Shown here piece by piece: positions 34,203 through 44,969 of a stretch of DNA of 64,000 bases. Below the pieces are notes generated by a model, which was given only the letters and a program-made list of their open reading frames with translations, was not told the origin of the DNA and made no database searches. Within the stretch, counting starts at the first letter, position 1. The number at the start of each line of letters is the position of its first letter. Made by a program: the position numbers and the translations under genes. Location of the stretch: contig JAKAPM010000002.1 of the NCBI GenBank assembly GCA_021807085.1, positions 9,125 through 73,124 of the forward strand, in the 5' to 3' direction. The stretch comes from Nanobdellota archaeon (GTDB taxonomy: Archaea; Nanobdellota; Nanobdellia; Parvarchaeales; Parvarchaeaceae).

Positions 34203-35936
34203 GCAGGAACTTTTCCCATCCGAACTGCTCAGACAGCTCCCTAGCGGACACCCTCATCTTCAGCAGCTCGTCCTGGTTGGTCGTCACTATCTTCAGCATG
34301 TCGCGGGATATCTGGCCGACGACGTCGTCCCTCTTCCTGTTTATCAGGCGTTCCACGAATATCCCTCCGGACTGCTCCTTGATCTCGTTGATGCAGTATT
34401 CACCGAACCCTCCTTGGTCGGTGGTGAAGGCTATGGACATGTAGGACGCCGCCTCGAGGGGGGTGTAGCCGAACGGCTCGTACTTGGACAGGAAGAACCC
34501 AGCAACAGCTATCGAGAGGGCCTCGTGGTAGGTTAGGTTTAGAAGCTCGTCTCCGAGAGTCAGGTACTTGGGGTAGTATATGACCTTCACGTGGCAGTTG
34601 GGGGAGTTGTCCAGGCCGTTCTCCCTCAGCCTGCTGAGTATCTGGTCGTCATTTTCTGAATAGGATAGTATGAACGGGCACAGGGGCGGATTGACCAGCT
34701 TGGAACGCCTAAGCTGCGACGTCATCCTCTTGGTGTCGTTCACTATCTTGCTGTATGCCTTGTCCATGACTGCCGACGCTGTGGTCGGATTGGACGAGAC
34801 CAGCTTGTCGAAGCTCTCTATGTCTTCGTGCAGGGTGGCTTTTATGCCGAGGTAAGTTAGGTAATTCGCCACCACGTCGCTCTTGGTCCCTACGGTACCG
34901 GACGGGACGGCGATGAAGGCTACCACGTAATTGTCGTCGGACAGCGTCTTGTTGAGCCTGCCGAGAGCGTCTATGAAAAGATCGAAACCCTTCCCGTAGA
35001 ACTCGTACCTTCCCCCTGTCAGGAAGACTGTGGCCTTCTTCGCATCGAAGTCGTAGTAGGGAAGGAAATACCCGTTAACGAAGTTTTCGAACTTCGCTTG
35101 GGCGCTGTTCCTAAGTGCATCTAGGTCCACCGGCGCGGGCAGGTCCTTCAGGTCTATCCCGTTTATGGTCACGAAATCGGTCTTTCTTCCGAGCATTACC
35201 TCCGCTTCCTTAGCGACTATCTTGCTCACGGTCGTGAACACCGTCGCGTTCAGGGCCGCAGCCTTCTCCGTGAGGTGCTTTGCGGCAACGCCGTATTGGT
35301 AGGGGAGGGAAGGGCCTACGCTAGTGTTAGAGTTTACGAACGCCAGAGTATCCCCCCCGTTGTAGGATATCGCCCTTCCGAGGACGGTCGCGTGTACCGT
35401 GAAGACAGTGGGGACCCTTACGTTGCTGGATTTAAGGTAGAGAAGTGCGCCGGCGGAAAGCCATTCGTGCACCTGGGCCACCATCGGCATGTGCACTGCC
35501 TTGCTGAGGGAAGCCAGGAACACGCCAGCCGTGTACGACCACGCGAGCGGCTCGGTGTAGTCCTCCGGAGCATTGAGCGAATCTATCTTGAATTTGTCCC
35601 AGAACTCCTTCTTTATCTCGTTACCGTGCCTCTGTTCGAATTCTTTGGAGTCTATCAGGAGAAGATTTACATCGCTTCCGGACGCCCATCTGCCGAAGTA
35701 TATCTTTACGCCGTCGAGCTTGATGTCGGCTATGGCGTCCTTGACGAACTGCGGCGCCGGCGCCTCTACGAATTCTATCGCGCACTGCGTGGGGTTGTAG
35801 AAGCCTACGGCTAGGTAGTTAGGGCCGAACTTCTGCTTGATGTATTCCGATTTCGAGGTTAGGACGGTCCATATTCCCCCGACTTTGTTGCCCGCCTCGA
35901 ACGATACCTCCGCCAAAAAATAGGGACTGGACATAC
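34159..35936 (-). CDS. glycogen(starch) synthase, eukaryote-like GT3-type
   Basis: Probable start MSSPYFLAEVSFEAGNKVGGIWTVL (cf. eukaryotic glycogen synthase EVANKVGGIYTVL); 592 aa. The ORF track extends 30 codons further upstream. The 3' end overlaps the convergent GH57 gene by about 44 nt. Confidence 0.7.
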
Positions 35937-36099
35937 AATAATAGTGGGTCGTTTTCAATATATTAGTTGCTGTCGAAACTTGGGTCCCGCACGGGAGCCG
36001 GAAGGGCGGACTACACACCACATATGGATTTGGCTTTAATTAATGTGCAAAGCCCATGAGAAAAATAACTATTTATAGAGATACTCTTCAGTAGTTGAC

Positions 36100-36708
36100 A
36101 TGGCAAACACACTGGAGAGATTTTTGGACGGCCTTGGGTCCATAAATTCAGAGGAGTGGAACACCGTCTCTAAGGCAGAGGAATACGGCTTTACCCCCAA
36201 CAATCCACTGGTAAGAACCCTTCTTCCGTTCCTGAAAGATGGCAGAGACATAGAGAGCGGCGGTACGATGTATTATTCAGATTCAGATGATCAAGATTCC
36301 TTAACTGACGACGATTTCAATATGCTTGCGTGGCTAAGAGGAAGATATGGCGAAGGCAGGCTGGAAGTAAAATTAAATTTCTACCACTTTCCGACCACAA
36401 AGTATATCCCGTTGGACGCCCTGCCGTCAGATACCGACATAAGAAAGGAGGATACCTCACTCAGAACGGACAAGTTCGTGAAAGAACAGCACAAGACAAT
36501 GTATGAACTGAGCATATACGGCAGTCTGGATTCCATACCCGTCAGCGTGACCGTCGAATACAACGGTTCATACCACGCCAAACCACCCTCGTTCAAAACA
36601 GTTTATGAGAGGGGTGGTATCATAACTCCAGAACGTCTTTCAAGATGGACAAGGGACAGCAAAGCGGCAGAGGAAGCCGTTATGAAAAATACCTTCCTCG
36701 ACGAGTAA
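36100..36708 (+). CDS. hypothetical protein (202 aa)
   Basis: ORF with an acidic stretch SDSDDQDSLTDDD and no motifs. Confidence 0.45.
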   Translation: MANTLERFLDGLGSINSEEWNTVSKAEEYGFTPNNPLVRTLLPFLKDGRDIESGGTMYYSDSDDQDSLTDDDFNMLAWLRGRYGEGRLEVKLNFYHFPTTKYIPLDALPSDTDIRKEDTSLRTDKFVKEQHKTMYELSIYGSLDSIPVSVTVEYNGSYHAKPPSFKTVYERGGIITPERLSRWTRDSKAAEEAVMKNTFLDE

Positions 36709-36824
36709 ATTCGTGCGGCTAGTGTAAAATAAGCGGGTCTATGTATTATCCAATTTCACTTGTCGAACTACTGCCAAAAAGACTTATATATAAAAGCGTA
36801 CATTAATTCACATAAAGTCGGTTT

Positions 36825-37922
36825 TTGAGGTATGATATGCATCAGACAGAAAACGTGAATCCGATAGAGGCGAGCCTAAACAAGCTTTTCTCGACAATAG
36901 ACGCACTGTCGTCGAAGATAGACGAGCTTAACGAGCGCGTAGATTTCATGGGTTCGTTCATAGGTCTAGAGTCTGGCGAGGGGGAAAACGCCGAGAAAGT
37001 GGAACCGCCTGGACAGCTGGCCGGACTCACACTCGACAACCTCAACAAGATACTCCCTCCAAAGGACGCTAACGCCGTTAGGGCGTATTTCCTGAGAGTC
37101 CTGAGCCTTTTCAGGCGCTACGTAAAAGCGATAGTCATGTTCGGAAGTTCAAAGACAAAGAGCGGCGTGACAAACACGTCCGACATAGACGTTGCGTTCA
37201 TAGTGGACGACACCGACATACAGAGGTTCACCCTCGAACAGCTAAAGGACAGGCTATTCACGAAGATGGCGGAGATAGCGAGGGATTTTTCGGAGAAAAT
37301 CCACGCGCAGGCTTACCCTCTCTCCGAGTTCTGGGGTTCGATAATAAAACCAAACCCAGTCATACTTACGCTACTGAGGGACGGCATGGCAGTGTACGAC
37401 ACTGGTTTTTTCATACCGATACAGCTGCTCTACAGGACCGGCAACATAGTACCTACGATAGAGACGATAAACAGCAACATAGAGAATTCGGAGGGGCTGA
37501 TAATGCTGGCGGAGAACGTGCTTACGACCAAGCTGTCGCTGGACCTTTACAACGCAGTCGTCGCGTCCGGACAGGCGCTTCTTATGGAGTACGGTTACCT
37601 GCCGCCTGTGCCAAAGGAGATCCCGAAGGAGCTCATGGCTGTAGCCGTGGAGAAGGAGAGGATACTCGCGAAGGAGGACGTCGACAGGATAGAAGACGTG
37701 ATAAAATGGTTCAAGAAGATAGACCATGGGGAGACGAAGAGCGTAAGCGGCAGGGAGTTCGACGAGAAACTTGCTGAGACGAAGGAAAGCGTCGACAAGA
37801 TAATAAGCGTGATAGACGGGCTAAGGGAGAAGAGCGGCCTGCCGAAACCCGTCATAGAAAAAGATTTATTAAAGAAAACTGGCTCTGATGTAGATAACAA
37901 ATACATGCAGAAGACGGAATGA
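36825..37922 (+). CDS. nucleotidyltransferase-domain protein (Pol-beta superfamily)
   Basis: 365 aa. MFGSSKTKSGVTNTSDIDVAFIVDD = GS...DxD NTase motif. N-terminal helical region. Confidence 0.6.
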   Translation: MRYDMHQTENVNPIEASLNKLFSTIDALSSKIDELNERVDFMGSFIGLESGEGENAEKVEPPGQLAGLTLDNLNKILPPKDANAVRAYFLRVLSLFRRYVKAIVMFGSSKTKSGVTNTSDIDVAFIVDDTDIQRFTLEQLKDRLFTKMAEIARDFSEKIHAQAYPLSEFWGSIIKPNPVILTLLRDGMAVYDTGFFIPIQLLYRTGNIVPTIETINSNIENSEGLIMLAENVLTTKLSLDLYNAVVASGQALLMEYGYLPPVPKEIPKELMAVAVEKERILAKEDVDRIEDVIKWFKKIDHGETKSVSGREFDEKLAETKESVDKIISVIDGLREKSGLPKPVIEKDLLKKTGSDVDNKYMQKTE

Positions 37923-38179
37923 ATATGACAAGCATAAAGATAGTCTCGTACAGAAGGGGCAGAAAGACCCAGAACACCAGGCAGGCCATAGCCAGGATTT
38001 CGGAAGTAAACACGAAGGAAGCGGCCAGCAAATTCGTCGGCAAGAGGGTCGAGCTGCCGTTCCCGAAGAACCCGATAAAAGGAGTCATAACGGGGACCCA
38101 CGGCGGCAAGGGTAGAGTTATCATAAGGTTCAGGAGGGGAATCCCCGGCCAGGCAATCACAAAGGAAGTCAAGTTCTGA
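37919..38179 (+). CDS. rpl35ae: 50S ribosomal protein L35Ae
   Basis: 86 aa. IVSYRRGRKTQNTRQAIARI...EAASKFVGKRVELPFPKNPIKGVITGTHGGKGRVIIRFRRGIPGQA matches the L35Ae consensus. Start overlaps the upstream stop (ATGA). Confidence 0.85.
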   Translation: MNMTSIKIVSYRRGRKTQNTRQAIARISEVNTKEAASKFVGKRVELPFPKNPIKGVITGTHGGKGRVIIRFRRGIPGQAITKEVKF

Positions 38180-38181
38180 AT

Positions 38182-39216
38182 CTAGCTCGAAGCGGTTTCA
38201 AGTATTTTCTCCAGCGGTTCGTCGCTTCTGAATCCCTTGCTGTCCAGTACCGTCCTGTTCCCGAAGACTTCTATGGGTTTCTCTTCTGTCTTCGTATAGG
38301 ACGCCAGTTCAGAGGTGGTGTAGAACGAGACTGTGTCCTTCTCGTCCCTGAGCACGCCAAGGTATCCTTTCAGTTTTTCGCCGGCGGACTCATACATCTT
38401 GTCCACAAGCTTCCTGTCAAATGTGCTCCCCAGCCACAGCGGGCCGAGCGCCATCATAGCGGAACCGCAGTGTGCGCATTTACCGCTGTCTTCCAGGGAC
38501 CTGTACGGACACTCGGGGCACTGGTACACGAATCCGATCTTCCCGGACGTGCCGGCACGCATCAGCCTAAGGTAGACTCTGGCGTAATGTTTCCTGACGT
38601 CGAACAGCACGGGTTCCACCGACCTGAAGAACAGGTTGGCTATCTCCTCCGCCCTCTTTATCATTATCCTCAGGCCCAGTTCCCTGAAATACGGCGTCTT
38701 GTAGGAGACGGCCCCGTACTTCAGCGCGCAGGCCCTTTTGGCCTTGCCGTAGAGCGCCGCCGTGTCTGTCGCGGTTATAGCGAGTATACCCCCTGTGTTC
38801 AGGGAGGGAACAGCTTCCACCATATACCTGACCGGCGAGCCGAAAGGGTCTATGTCGATGTAGTCGTATTTCCTGCCCTGCGAACCGATGTCGACTGCGT
38901 TGAAACTCGTGCAGGAAACTTCGCAGCAAAGGGCCTTTTTGTTCGACTTTATGTTCTTGGCTACCGCCCTGTACGTCTTTATGTCGTTTATCGTGAAATC
39001 TGAGAACGCCTTCGTCTCGACGCAGAGCCGCAGTCCGCGCACGCCGCTGGCGCCGAAGACATCCACGCCGGACAGGTCTTTTCTCCCGAGGGAATCAACG
39101 AACAGTACGTTCAGGTCCCTGTCGAACTCCCTAGACGGGTTGAAGAATACGCCGGCATCCCTTGTCTGCCGGTTCTCCGCGGCGAAGGACACTTTCCCCT
39201 CGCGGAAGATTTCCAT
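38182..39216 (-). CDS. trm1: tRNA (guanine26-N2)-dimethyltransferase Trm1
   Basis: 344 aa. SAM-binding region, IDIDPFGSP motif, and a C-terminal CPECPY...CAHCG zinc finger. Confidence 0.8.
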   Translation of the reverse strand: MEIFREGKVSFAAENRQTRDAGVFFNPSREFDRDLNVLFVDSLGRKDLSGVDVFGASGVRGLRLCVETKAFSDFTINDIKTYRAVAKNIKSNKKALCCEVSCTSFNAVDIGSQGRKYDYIDIDPFGSPVRYMVEAVPSLNTGGILAITATDTAALYGKAKRACALKYGAVSYKTPYFRELGLRIMIKRAEEIANLFFRSVEPVLFDVRKHYARVYLRLMRAGTSGKIGFVYQCPECPYRSLEDSGKCAHCGSAMMALGPLWLGSTFDRKLVDKMYESAGEKLKGYLGVLRDEKDTVSFYTTSELASYTKTEEKPIEVFGNRTVLDSKGFRSDEPLEKILETASS

Positions 39217-39230
39217 AGAGACGCGCGTCC

Positions 39231-40181
39231 CTAATCCTCGATCTTGTATCTCTCCTTGAGATTAAGCGAGTTGTAAAGTTCCTTGTACCTGTTCCTTATC
39301 GTGACTTCGGTTATGCCCGCCGCCCTAGCCGCGTCTCTCTGCGTCTTCTTCTCCTTGTTTATGAGGGTCGCCACGTAGAGTACAGCGGCTGCTATGCCCA
39401 TTGGGCCCTTTCCGCTTGTCAGCCCCTTCTCTTCGGCTTCTTTGAGGAGTTTGACTGCGTCCGACACCGTCTTGTTTGACACGCCGAGCTCTGAAGCGAA
39501 TTTGTAGATGTAATCGTTCGGTGAGGTGGGGAGTATCTTTATCCCGAGTTCCCTGCACAGGAGCCTGTAGGCCTTGCCGACCTCTTTCCTCTCAACGTTG
39601 AATGTCTCGGATATCTCGTCCAGGCTTATGGGTCTGCTGTGTTTCCTGGCTGCCGCGTACAGCGCACCTGCTATCACGCTCTCCATGGACCTGCCGCGCA
39701 CCAGCCTTCTGGTTATGGCTTCCCTATACATTTTCGCGGCCTCCTCTTGTATTATGCTGGAGACGTGCAGACGGTTGCTGGCGTGCCTCAGTTCTGTGAG
39801 CGCGAACTTCAGGTTCCTCTCGAACGCGGTGGATATCCTCGGCTGCCATTTCCTGAGCTTGTAGAACGTCCTCCTGTTGGTGTTGGACAGCTTTATCGAC
39901 TCGCTAGCCTTGCCTATCACCGTGCTCGTGCCCTTGTCGTATTTTGCGTAGCTAAGGGGAGAACCCATCCTTCCCTTGCCTTCTTCCCTCTCGTCCTCGA
40001 ATGAACGCCATTCTCTGCCGTAGTCTATCGTATCGCTCTCTAAGACGTAGCCGCATTTCTGACAGACCAACTCCCCGGTCGCCTTGTCGTATATGACAGA
40101 ATCGCTCCCGCAGGACGGGCATTTGGTGACGTATTTATTGGATATTACTTTCACAATAACCTTTATATACTTAAGATACAA
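39231..40181 (-). CDS. tfb: transcription initiation factor IIB (TFB)
   Basis: 316 aa. N-terminal zinc ribbon CPSCGS...CQKCG, two cyclin-fold repeats, and a C-terminal HTH RDAARAAGITEVTIRNRYKEL. Confidence 0.9.
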   Translation of the reverse strand: MYLKYIKVIVKVISNKYVTKCPSCGSDSVIYDKATGELVCQKCGYVLESDTIDYGREWRSFEDEREEGKGRMGSPLSYAKYDKGTSTVIGKASESIKLSNTNRRTFYKLRKWQPRISTAFERNLKFALTELRHASNRLHVSSIIQEEAAKMYREAITRRLVRGRSMESVIAGALYAAARKHSRPISLDEISETFNVERKEVGKAYRLLCRELGIKILPTSPNDYIYKFASELGVSNKTVSDAVKLLKEAEEKGLTSGKGPMGIAAAVLYVATLINKEKKTQRDAARAAGITEVTIRNRYKELYNSLNLKERYKIED

Positions 40182-40233
40182 GCAGTATTTAAAGCTTTGC
40201 TTTTTGCAAAGTTTTGCAAAATATTAACCATTT

Positions 40234-41253
40234 TCAAGGGAGGAATTCTGGCCCTAGTTCCTCAAGAACGTCCCTGTGCTTCTCGAAGTACTCCCTGGCT
40301 GGCGCGAGCCTGGCGACAAGATATTCCGCCAGGGCTTTCTTCAGGTCCGCCGGGTGAAGTTTCTTGTCCGTAAACGCCTTCTCCATGTCAGCGTACGATT
40401 CAAACACTGCGTCGCCGCCGAACTTCTGCGGCCTGGAGACCTCGAACTTGCCGTCCATCGGGAAGACTAGGAACTTGACCATCTGGAGCACCAGGTTGTC
40501 CTTCACCACACCCTCCGGGCAATACGCGCTGTTTATTTTTTTCCTCAGGTTCTCCTCCGAATCGTACACCTTTATGTGGCTGCTCGGTACCGACGAGCTC
40601 ATCTTGGTCCCTGGCCCCAGCAGCGAAGCGACGAGCGGAGTCATGACCTCGACTCTCTTCCTGTAGCCGAGCTGCGGCAGATAATCCCTGTCGAACACGA
40701 ATATGTGCCTCTGGTCGTTTCCGCCCAGCTGTATGTCCACGTCGAGGTACTGTTCGTCGAGCGCCTGCATGATCGGGTATATGAGTTCGCTGACCTTTGG
40801 GTTCTTCATCCTGGTGACTTCCGAAGCCGCCCTAGTGGCCCTCTCAACGGTGGTTATCGTAGACATCTTCAGCATATCGAGAAGGTAATCCCTGTTCAGC
40901 TGGTAGTCCGACCCCTTGACAAAAACAGGCTTTCTATCCCCCCAATCAAACGCGAGTTCTATACATTTGCGGGTGTACTCGACCCTCTTGTCCAGTTCCT
41001 CCCATTTCGCCTTCAAGTCATCCAGTGCTGCGTGCACGTCTGCAAGGAGTATCTTCACCTCCACGCCGGCGTTCATGAAATCGAACAGTTTCCCTATGGC
41101 TATCAGATGACCCAAGTGAAGCGGCCCGGTGGTGGCCCTCCCTATGTAGACGGAGGGGCTCTTCTTCTCGTTCAGGAGCGTCCTGAGGTCCTCCTCAGTT
41201 ATTATTTCTAGGGTGTTCCTCTTTATCAGCTCGAACCTCTCCTCTACGTTCAT
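40234..41253 (-). CDS. tyrS: tyrosyl-tRNA synthetase (archaeal type)
   Basis: 339 aa. YIGRATTGPLHLGHL (HIGH) and KMSSS. Confidence 0.85.
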   Translation of the reverse strand: MNVEERFELIKRNTLEIITEEDLRTLLNEKKSPSVYIGRATTGPLHLGHLIAIGKLFDFMNAGVEVKILLADVHAALDDLKAKWEELDKRVEYTRKCIELAFDWGDRKPVFVKGSDYQLNRDYLLDMLKMSTITTVERATRAASEVTRMKNPKVSELIYPIMQALDEQYLDVDIQLGGNDQRHIFVFDRDYLPQLGYRKRVEVMTPLVASLLGPGTKMSSSVPSSHIKVYDSEENLRKKINSAYCPEGVVKDNLVLQMVKFLVFPMDGKFEVSRPQKFGGDAVFESYADMEKAFTDKKLHPADLKKALAEYLVARLAPAREYFEKHRDVLEELGPEFLP

Positions 41254-41299
41254 ACGAGAGTGAAACAGAACGAGATTATAAATCTATCAGAAGGAACGT

Positions 41300-41979
41300 T
41301 CAGTTGAAAAAACAGGCGGAGTAGAACACCTGGTAGGTGCGGGGAAACACCCTTATAATGTAAAGCGGCAGGTCGGTGCTAACAGGTACAGAACCTGAGT
41401 ATTGGCCGTTCGAAGAGGTCTCCGTCTGGCTCGCGATGTAGGCCCCAGACTCGGAATAGACGGTTATGTTGAACGTCACATCAGGGAGGAGGTCGCCGTT
41501 CTCGTCGAAAAACTCCAGCGAATAGTCTATGCTACCGGAAGAATAGGAGAAACTCGAATCCATGGAAGATAGGGGAAAATTCAGGCCCATCTCAGTTATC
41601 GTGCCGTTGAACGTGAGATAGGCGTGGTACAGGCCGGGTATGAACGGCATCAGCCCAGACATGTTGACGTTCGCCTGGTCTATGTACGACGACGCTCTGC
41701 TGCCTAATTCGACGATGTCGCCGCAGAAAAAGGAGGACTGCACTGAGAGCAGCGGGAAGGTGACGGCTATCACCGTCTTGGAGTCGGCCCCCTGGGCCGA
41801 CACGTAGTTCGCCGCTTGCACTATCTGGGCGGCTGCGGTGGATATCTGGTTGGAGGAGGACGAACTTGAGTAAGAAGTGTAGAAAAAGAGCGCGTACACC
41901 AGCGCGGCGGCTATCACTGCCATGGCTATCCCGAGGATTATCACGTATTCGGTCGTGTATTGGGCTCTGCGGCGGTCCA
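41300..41979 (-). CDS. pilin-like protein with class III signal peptide (226 aa)
   Basis: Probable start MDRRRA|QYTTEYVIILGIAMAVIAAALVYALFF (ATG at 41979; the tracker ORF starts 56 codons earlier). Ser-rich mature domain. Confidence 0.65.
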
Positions 41980-42033
41980 TAAATGATAGACGACCTTCAC
42001 GTATATATAAAATACGGGGAGAGATAGATATTA

Positions 42034-43172
42034 TGGCCATCAAACCCAAGATAGCCCTGCTGGTCCCTTGGATAAAAAGCAAGGGCGGAGTGGAGAGGGA
42101 CATACTGATATTCCTCAAGGACAAAAGATACGACATCGATGTGTTCACCTTCTTCTACGACAAGAAGAAGACGTTCGAGGAATTCGGTGATTTCGACATA
42201 AAGGTCATCGGGAAGGCGAAGGGTGGGGCTTTTCTGTCGAGGGGCGTCAGCCTGTTCAGGGCCCTGCTGTCGTCGAAGATACCGTCGCTGGACAGCTACG
42301 ACGCCTTCGTGATATCAACGGCGGGCATAGCGGAGTTCGCGGTCTTCAGGAACAGGCACAGGCTCACAGTCGCAGTGACCCACACGCCGCTGAGGGCTGC
42401 GCACAACATGTACGAATACTATTCTAAGTCCAGCGCAAAGAACAGGCTGATACTCCCCTTCGCGGCCCTTTTTTACAAGTTCCTGGAGAAGCGCGCGTGG
42501 AGGAGGATACGCTACGCGATAGTTTTCAGCGACGAAGTCAGGCGCAGGCTCATACAGTACAGGCTGATAGATTGGGACAGGATAATCAAGATAAGCCCGC
42601 CGGTGGACTACAGAAATATAAAGGTCAGCAGGAAGCACAGGAAGATAATATTTTACCCGAGCAGGTTCGTGCCGTACAAGAGGCAGCACCTGGCAGTGTA
42701 CGCCTTCAAGGCATCCAAACTTCCGCAGAACGGGTTCAAGCTCGTCCTCGGCGGCTTCCCCGAAGACAGGAAGTACTTCGAATCCATAAAAGCGATGTCC
42801 GGCGGGGACGTAATAGTCAGGGAGAACTTGTCCGAGAAGGAGCTGTCGAGGCTGTACAGGGACTGCTACGCCACCATGTTTCTCGCGGTGAATGAGGATA
42901 CCGGGCTGGTGCCCCTCGAATCCCTCGCGTACGGTAAGCCGGTGGTGGCTGTCAACGAGGGCGGCCCGAAAGAGTTCGTCAACGACGGCGTGAACGGCAT
43001 GCTGGCGGAGGCGGACACGAAGTCCATAGCCCGTGCACTCGACTCGCTGCTTGACAGGAGGCTTTATGCGAGTATGGTAAAGGGCGCGATAAAGTCTGAG
43101 AGGCACGATGAGAGCAGGATGTCCGGCGAATTCGACAGGGCGATGGACTCTATACTGGGAAAGAAAGGTTGA
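42034..43172 (+). CDS. glycosyltransferase family 4 (GT-B, retaining)
   Basis: Probable start MAIKPKIALLVPW. C-terminal EDTGLVPLESLAYGKPVVAVNEGGPKEFV (GT4 E-x7-E region). Divergent from the pilin gene and shares the AT-rich tatatataaaata promoter region. Confidence 0.7.
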
Positions 43173-43178
43173 AAGCGC

Positions 43179-44900
43179 TCAGATGCGCTTTATTTTTCTT
43201 ATCTCCCCCATTGCAGAGGAGTAATCTTGCGTGAGTTTCGGCGATATTTCATCGAACTTAATTATGTCTGCTATCTCTATGTCTGTATACATGATGTTTC
43301 CGTCGTAGATGTTCCTCTCGTAGACTGCGCCGTCCACGCTGATTGCAACCTTCTGCCCGATGACGGCCCTGTCAAGCTTGCTCTTCTCTTCCTGTATATC
43401 CAGTATCGTGCCCACGCGCTTTCCGTCCTCCCTTATGAGGCGGTATCCCGGCCTTATCTCCCCCGCAAGAACCTCCACACCGAAAACGCACGGACTGGAC
43501 CTCCTGAACATGTTCCCTTTCAGAAACACGATTTTCCCGGGAAGCCGAAGGGAAGACAGCTCGCCCTCCAACTGCATCCTCTTCCTGTCGGATATGAATT
43601 CTCCGTATCTCTCGAAAAGATTGTATATCGAACTGCTGGAAATCAGTTTAACGCCGTCCTGCGAAGCCATGGATTCCGTAGCCTTCTGCACCGGAACGTT
43701 GAAGCAAAGCAGCACGCCGTCGTTCAGCCTGGCGACCCGTATGTCGCTCTTGGAAGGCTCGCCTATCTTGGTCCTGCCTATTGCTATCCCTCTCGATTTC
43801 CCGATTTTCCTTATCGCGTCTATGCTGCCGAGCGAATCCGCGCACACCACCACGCCTTTAGCTTCATCGCTGTTGTATCCCTCTTCCCCGGACTTGATCT
43901 CATTCATCAGCTTTTCTCTCTCCCCGTCGCTCCTGAAAACGGAAATTGAGGTGCCTATCAGCACGTCCGGCTCTTGGAGTATCATTCTGACTGGAGTAGC
44001 CGCCGAAGCCGACTTCACGTTCTCGTACCTGCCGAAATTCTCGCGGCTCTCGACGAGCGGCACCAGCCTCATTATGCCTTTTACCTTGTTCTCGCGCAGG
44101 CCGTCCATCGTCTGGGACACCACTCTGTCGCCGACCGAGACAGTCCCGGAATATACTATCGCGTCGTATATCTTCCCCATCCCTTTGACAGCCTTTTCCT
44201 CTATTACAGCCGCGCTGTCACCGCCCTGCGCTTCGAGCCCTATGTATCTCTGCGCCAGACCTATTATCATAACGAGAAGGTCCATCACACCCACATTGTT
44301 TACAGAGGAGAGGGGTATTATGGCTATCTCCTTGGTGAAATCCTTGACCCTATCGTACCTCTCGGCCTGGAATGAATAGTTGGACAAGTCGGACACCAGC
44401 TTGTAGAGCCTCTCGTCGAGGCTCTCCGCGTATGACTGCCCGGATTTTGACAGCAGATCGGAAAAAGACGCGTCCTTCACAGTGGGGAAGCCCCTTATAG
44501 TGTCTATTTTTGTGAGCGCAACCAAGAAAGGGGTCTTGTACGATTTTAGTATCTCTATGGATTCTATTGTCTGCTTCTGTATGCCTTCCATTATGTCGAC
44601 TGTGAGTATCGCGAGGTCCGCTATCGAAGCCCCTCTCTGGCGCAGCGTAACGAAAGCTTCGTGACCGGGAGAGTCAACGAATATTATGCTGGGTGTCTTG
44701 ACCTGGACGCTGAATTTCTTGAGCAGTCCGCCGGCTATCTCCTCTATCCTGTCAGTCGGCACCTCGGTGACGCCTATGTTCTGTGTCAGCCCGCCGGTCT
44801 CCTTGTAGGCAGAGAAAGTATCCCTCACCGAGTCCATTATGCTCGTCTTGCCGGCGTCTACGTGTCCCAGAAATGCACATATAGGAGATCTCACAGACAT
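43179..44900 (-). CDS. infB: translation initiation factor aIF5B (IF-2)
   Basis: 573 aa. G1 GHVDAGKTS, GGLTQNIG, DSPGHEAF, TKID, followed by beta-barrel and C-terminal domains. Confidence 0.85.
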   Translation of the reverse strand: MSVRSPICAFLGHVDAGKTSIMDSVRDTFSAYKETGGLTQNIGVTEVPTDRIEEIAGGLLKKFSVQVKTPSIIFVDSPGHEAFVTLRQRGASIADLAILTVDIMEGIQKQTIESIEILKSYKTPFLVALTKIDTIRGFPTVKDASFSDLLSKSGQSYAESLDERLYKLVSDLSNYSFQAERYDRVKDFTKEIAIIPLSSVNNVGVMDLLVMIIGLAQRYIGLEAQGGDSAAVIEEKAVKGMGKIYDAIVYSGTVSVGDRVVSQTMDGLRENKVKGIMRLVPLVESRENFGRYENVKSASAATPVRMILQEPDVLIGTSISVFRSDGEREKLMNEIKSGEEGYNSDEAKGVVVCADSLGSIDAIRKIGKSRGIAIGRTKIGEPSKSDIRVARLNDGVLLCFNVPVQKATESMASQDGVKLISSSSIYNLFERYGEFISDRKRMQLEGELSSLRLPGKIVFLKGNMFRRSSPCVFGVEVLAGEIRPGYRLIREDGKRVGTILDIQEEKSKLDRAVIGQKVAISVDGAVYERNIYDGNIMYTDIEIADIIKFDEISPKLTQDYSSAMGEIRKIKRI

Positions 44901-44969
44901 TCACCCCGAATCTATCCTATTGAATATATTATCCACACTAATAAAGCTAACTAATCCAGCGCCGGAACG

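Noticed and set aside
35275-35814. 179-aa plus-strand ORF
   Set aside because: It is antisense to the glycogen synthase gene.
42315-43106. 263-aa minus-strand ORF
   Set aside because: It is antisense to the GT4 glycosyltransferase and is Arg/Pro/Val-rich.
43227-44379. 240-aa and 339-aa plus-strand ORFs
   Set aside because: They are antisense to aIF5B, which has clear GTPase motifs.
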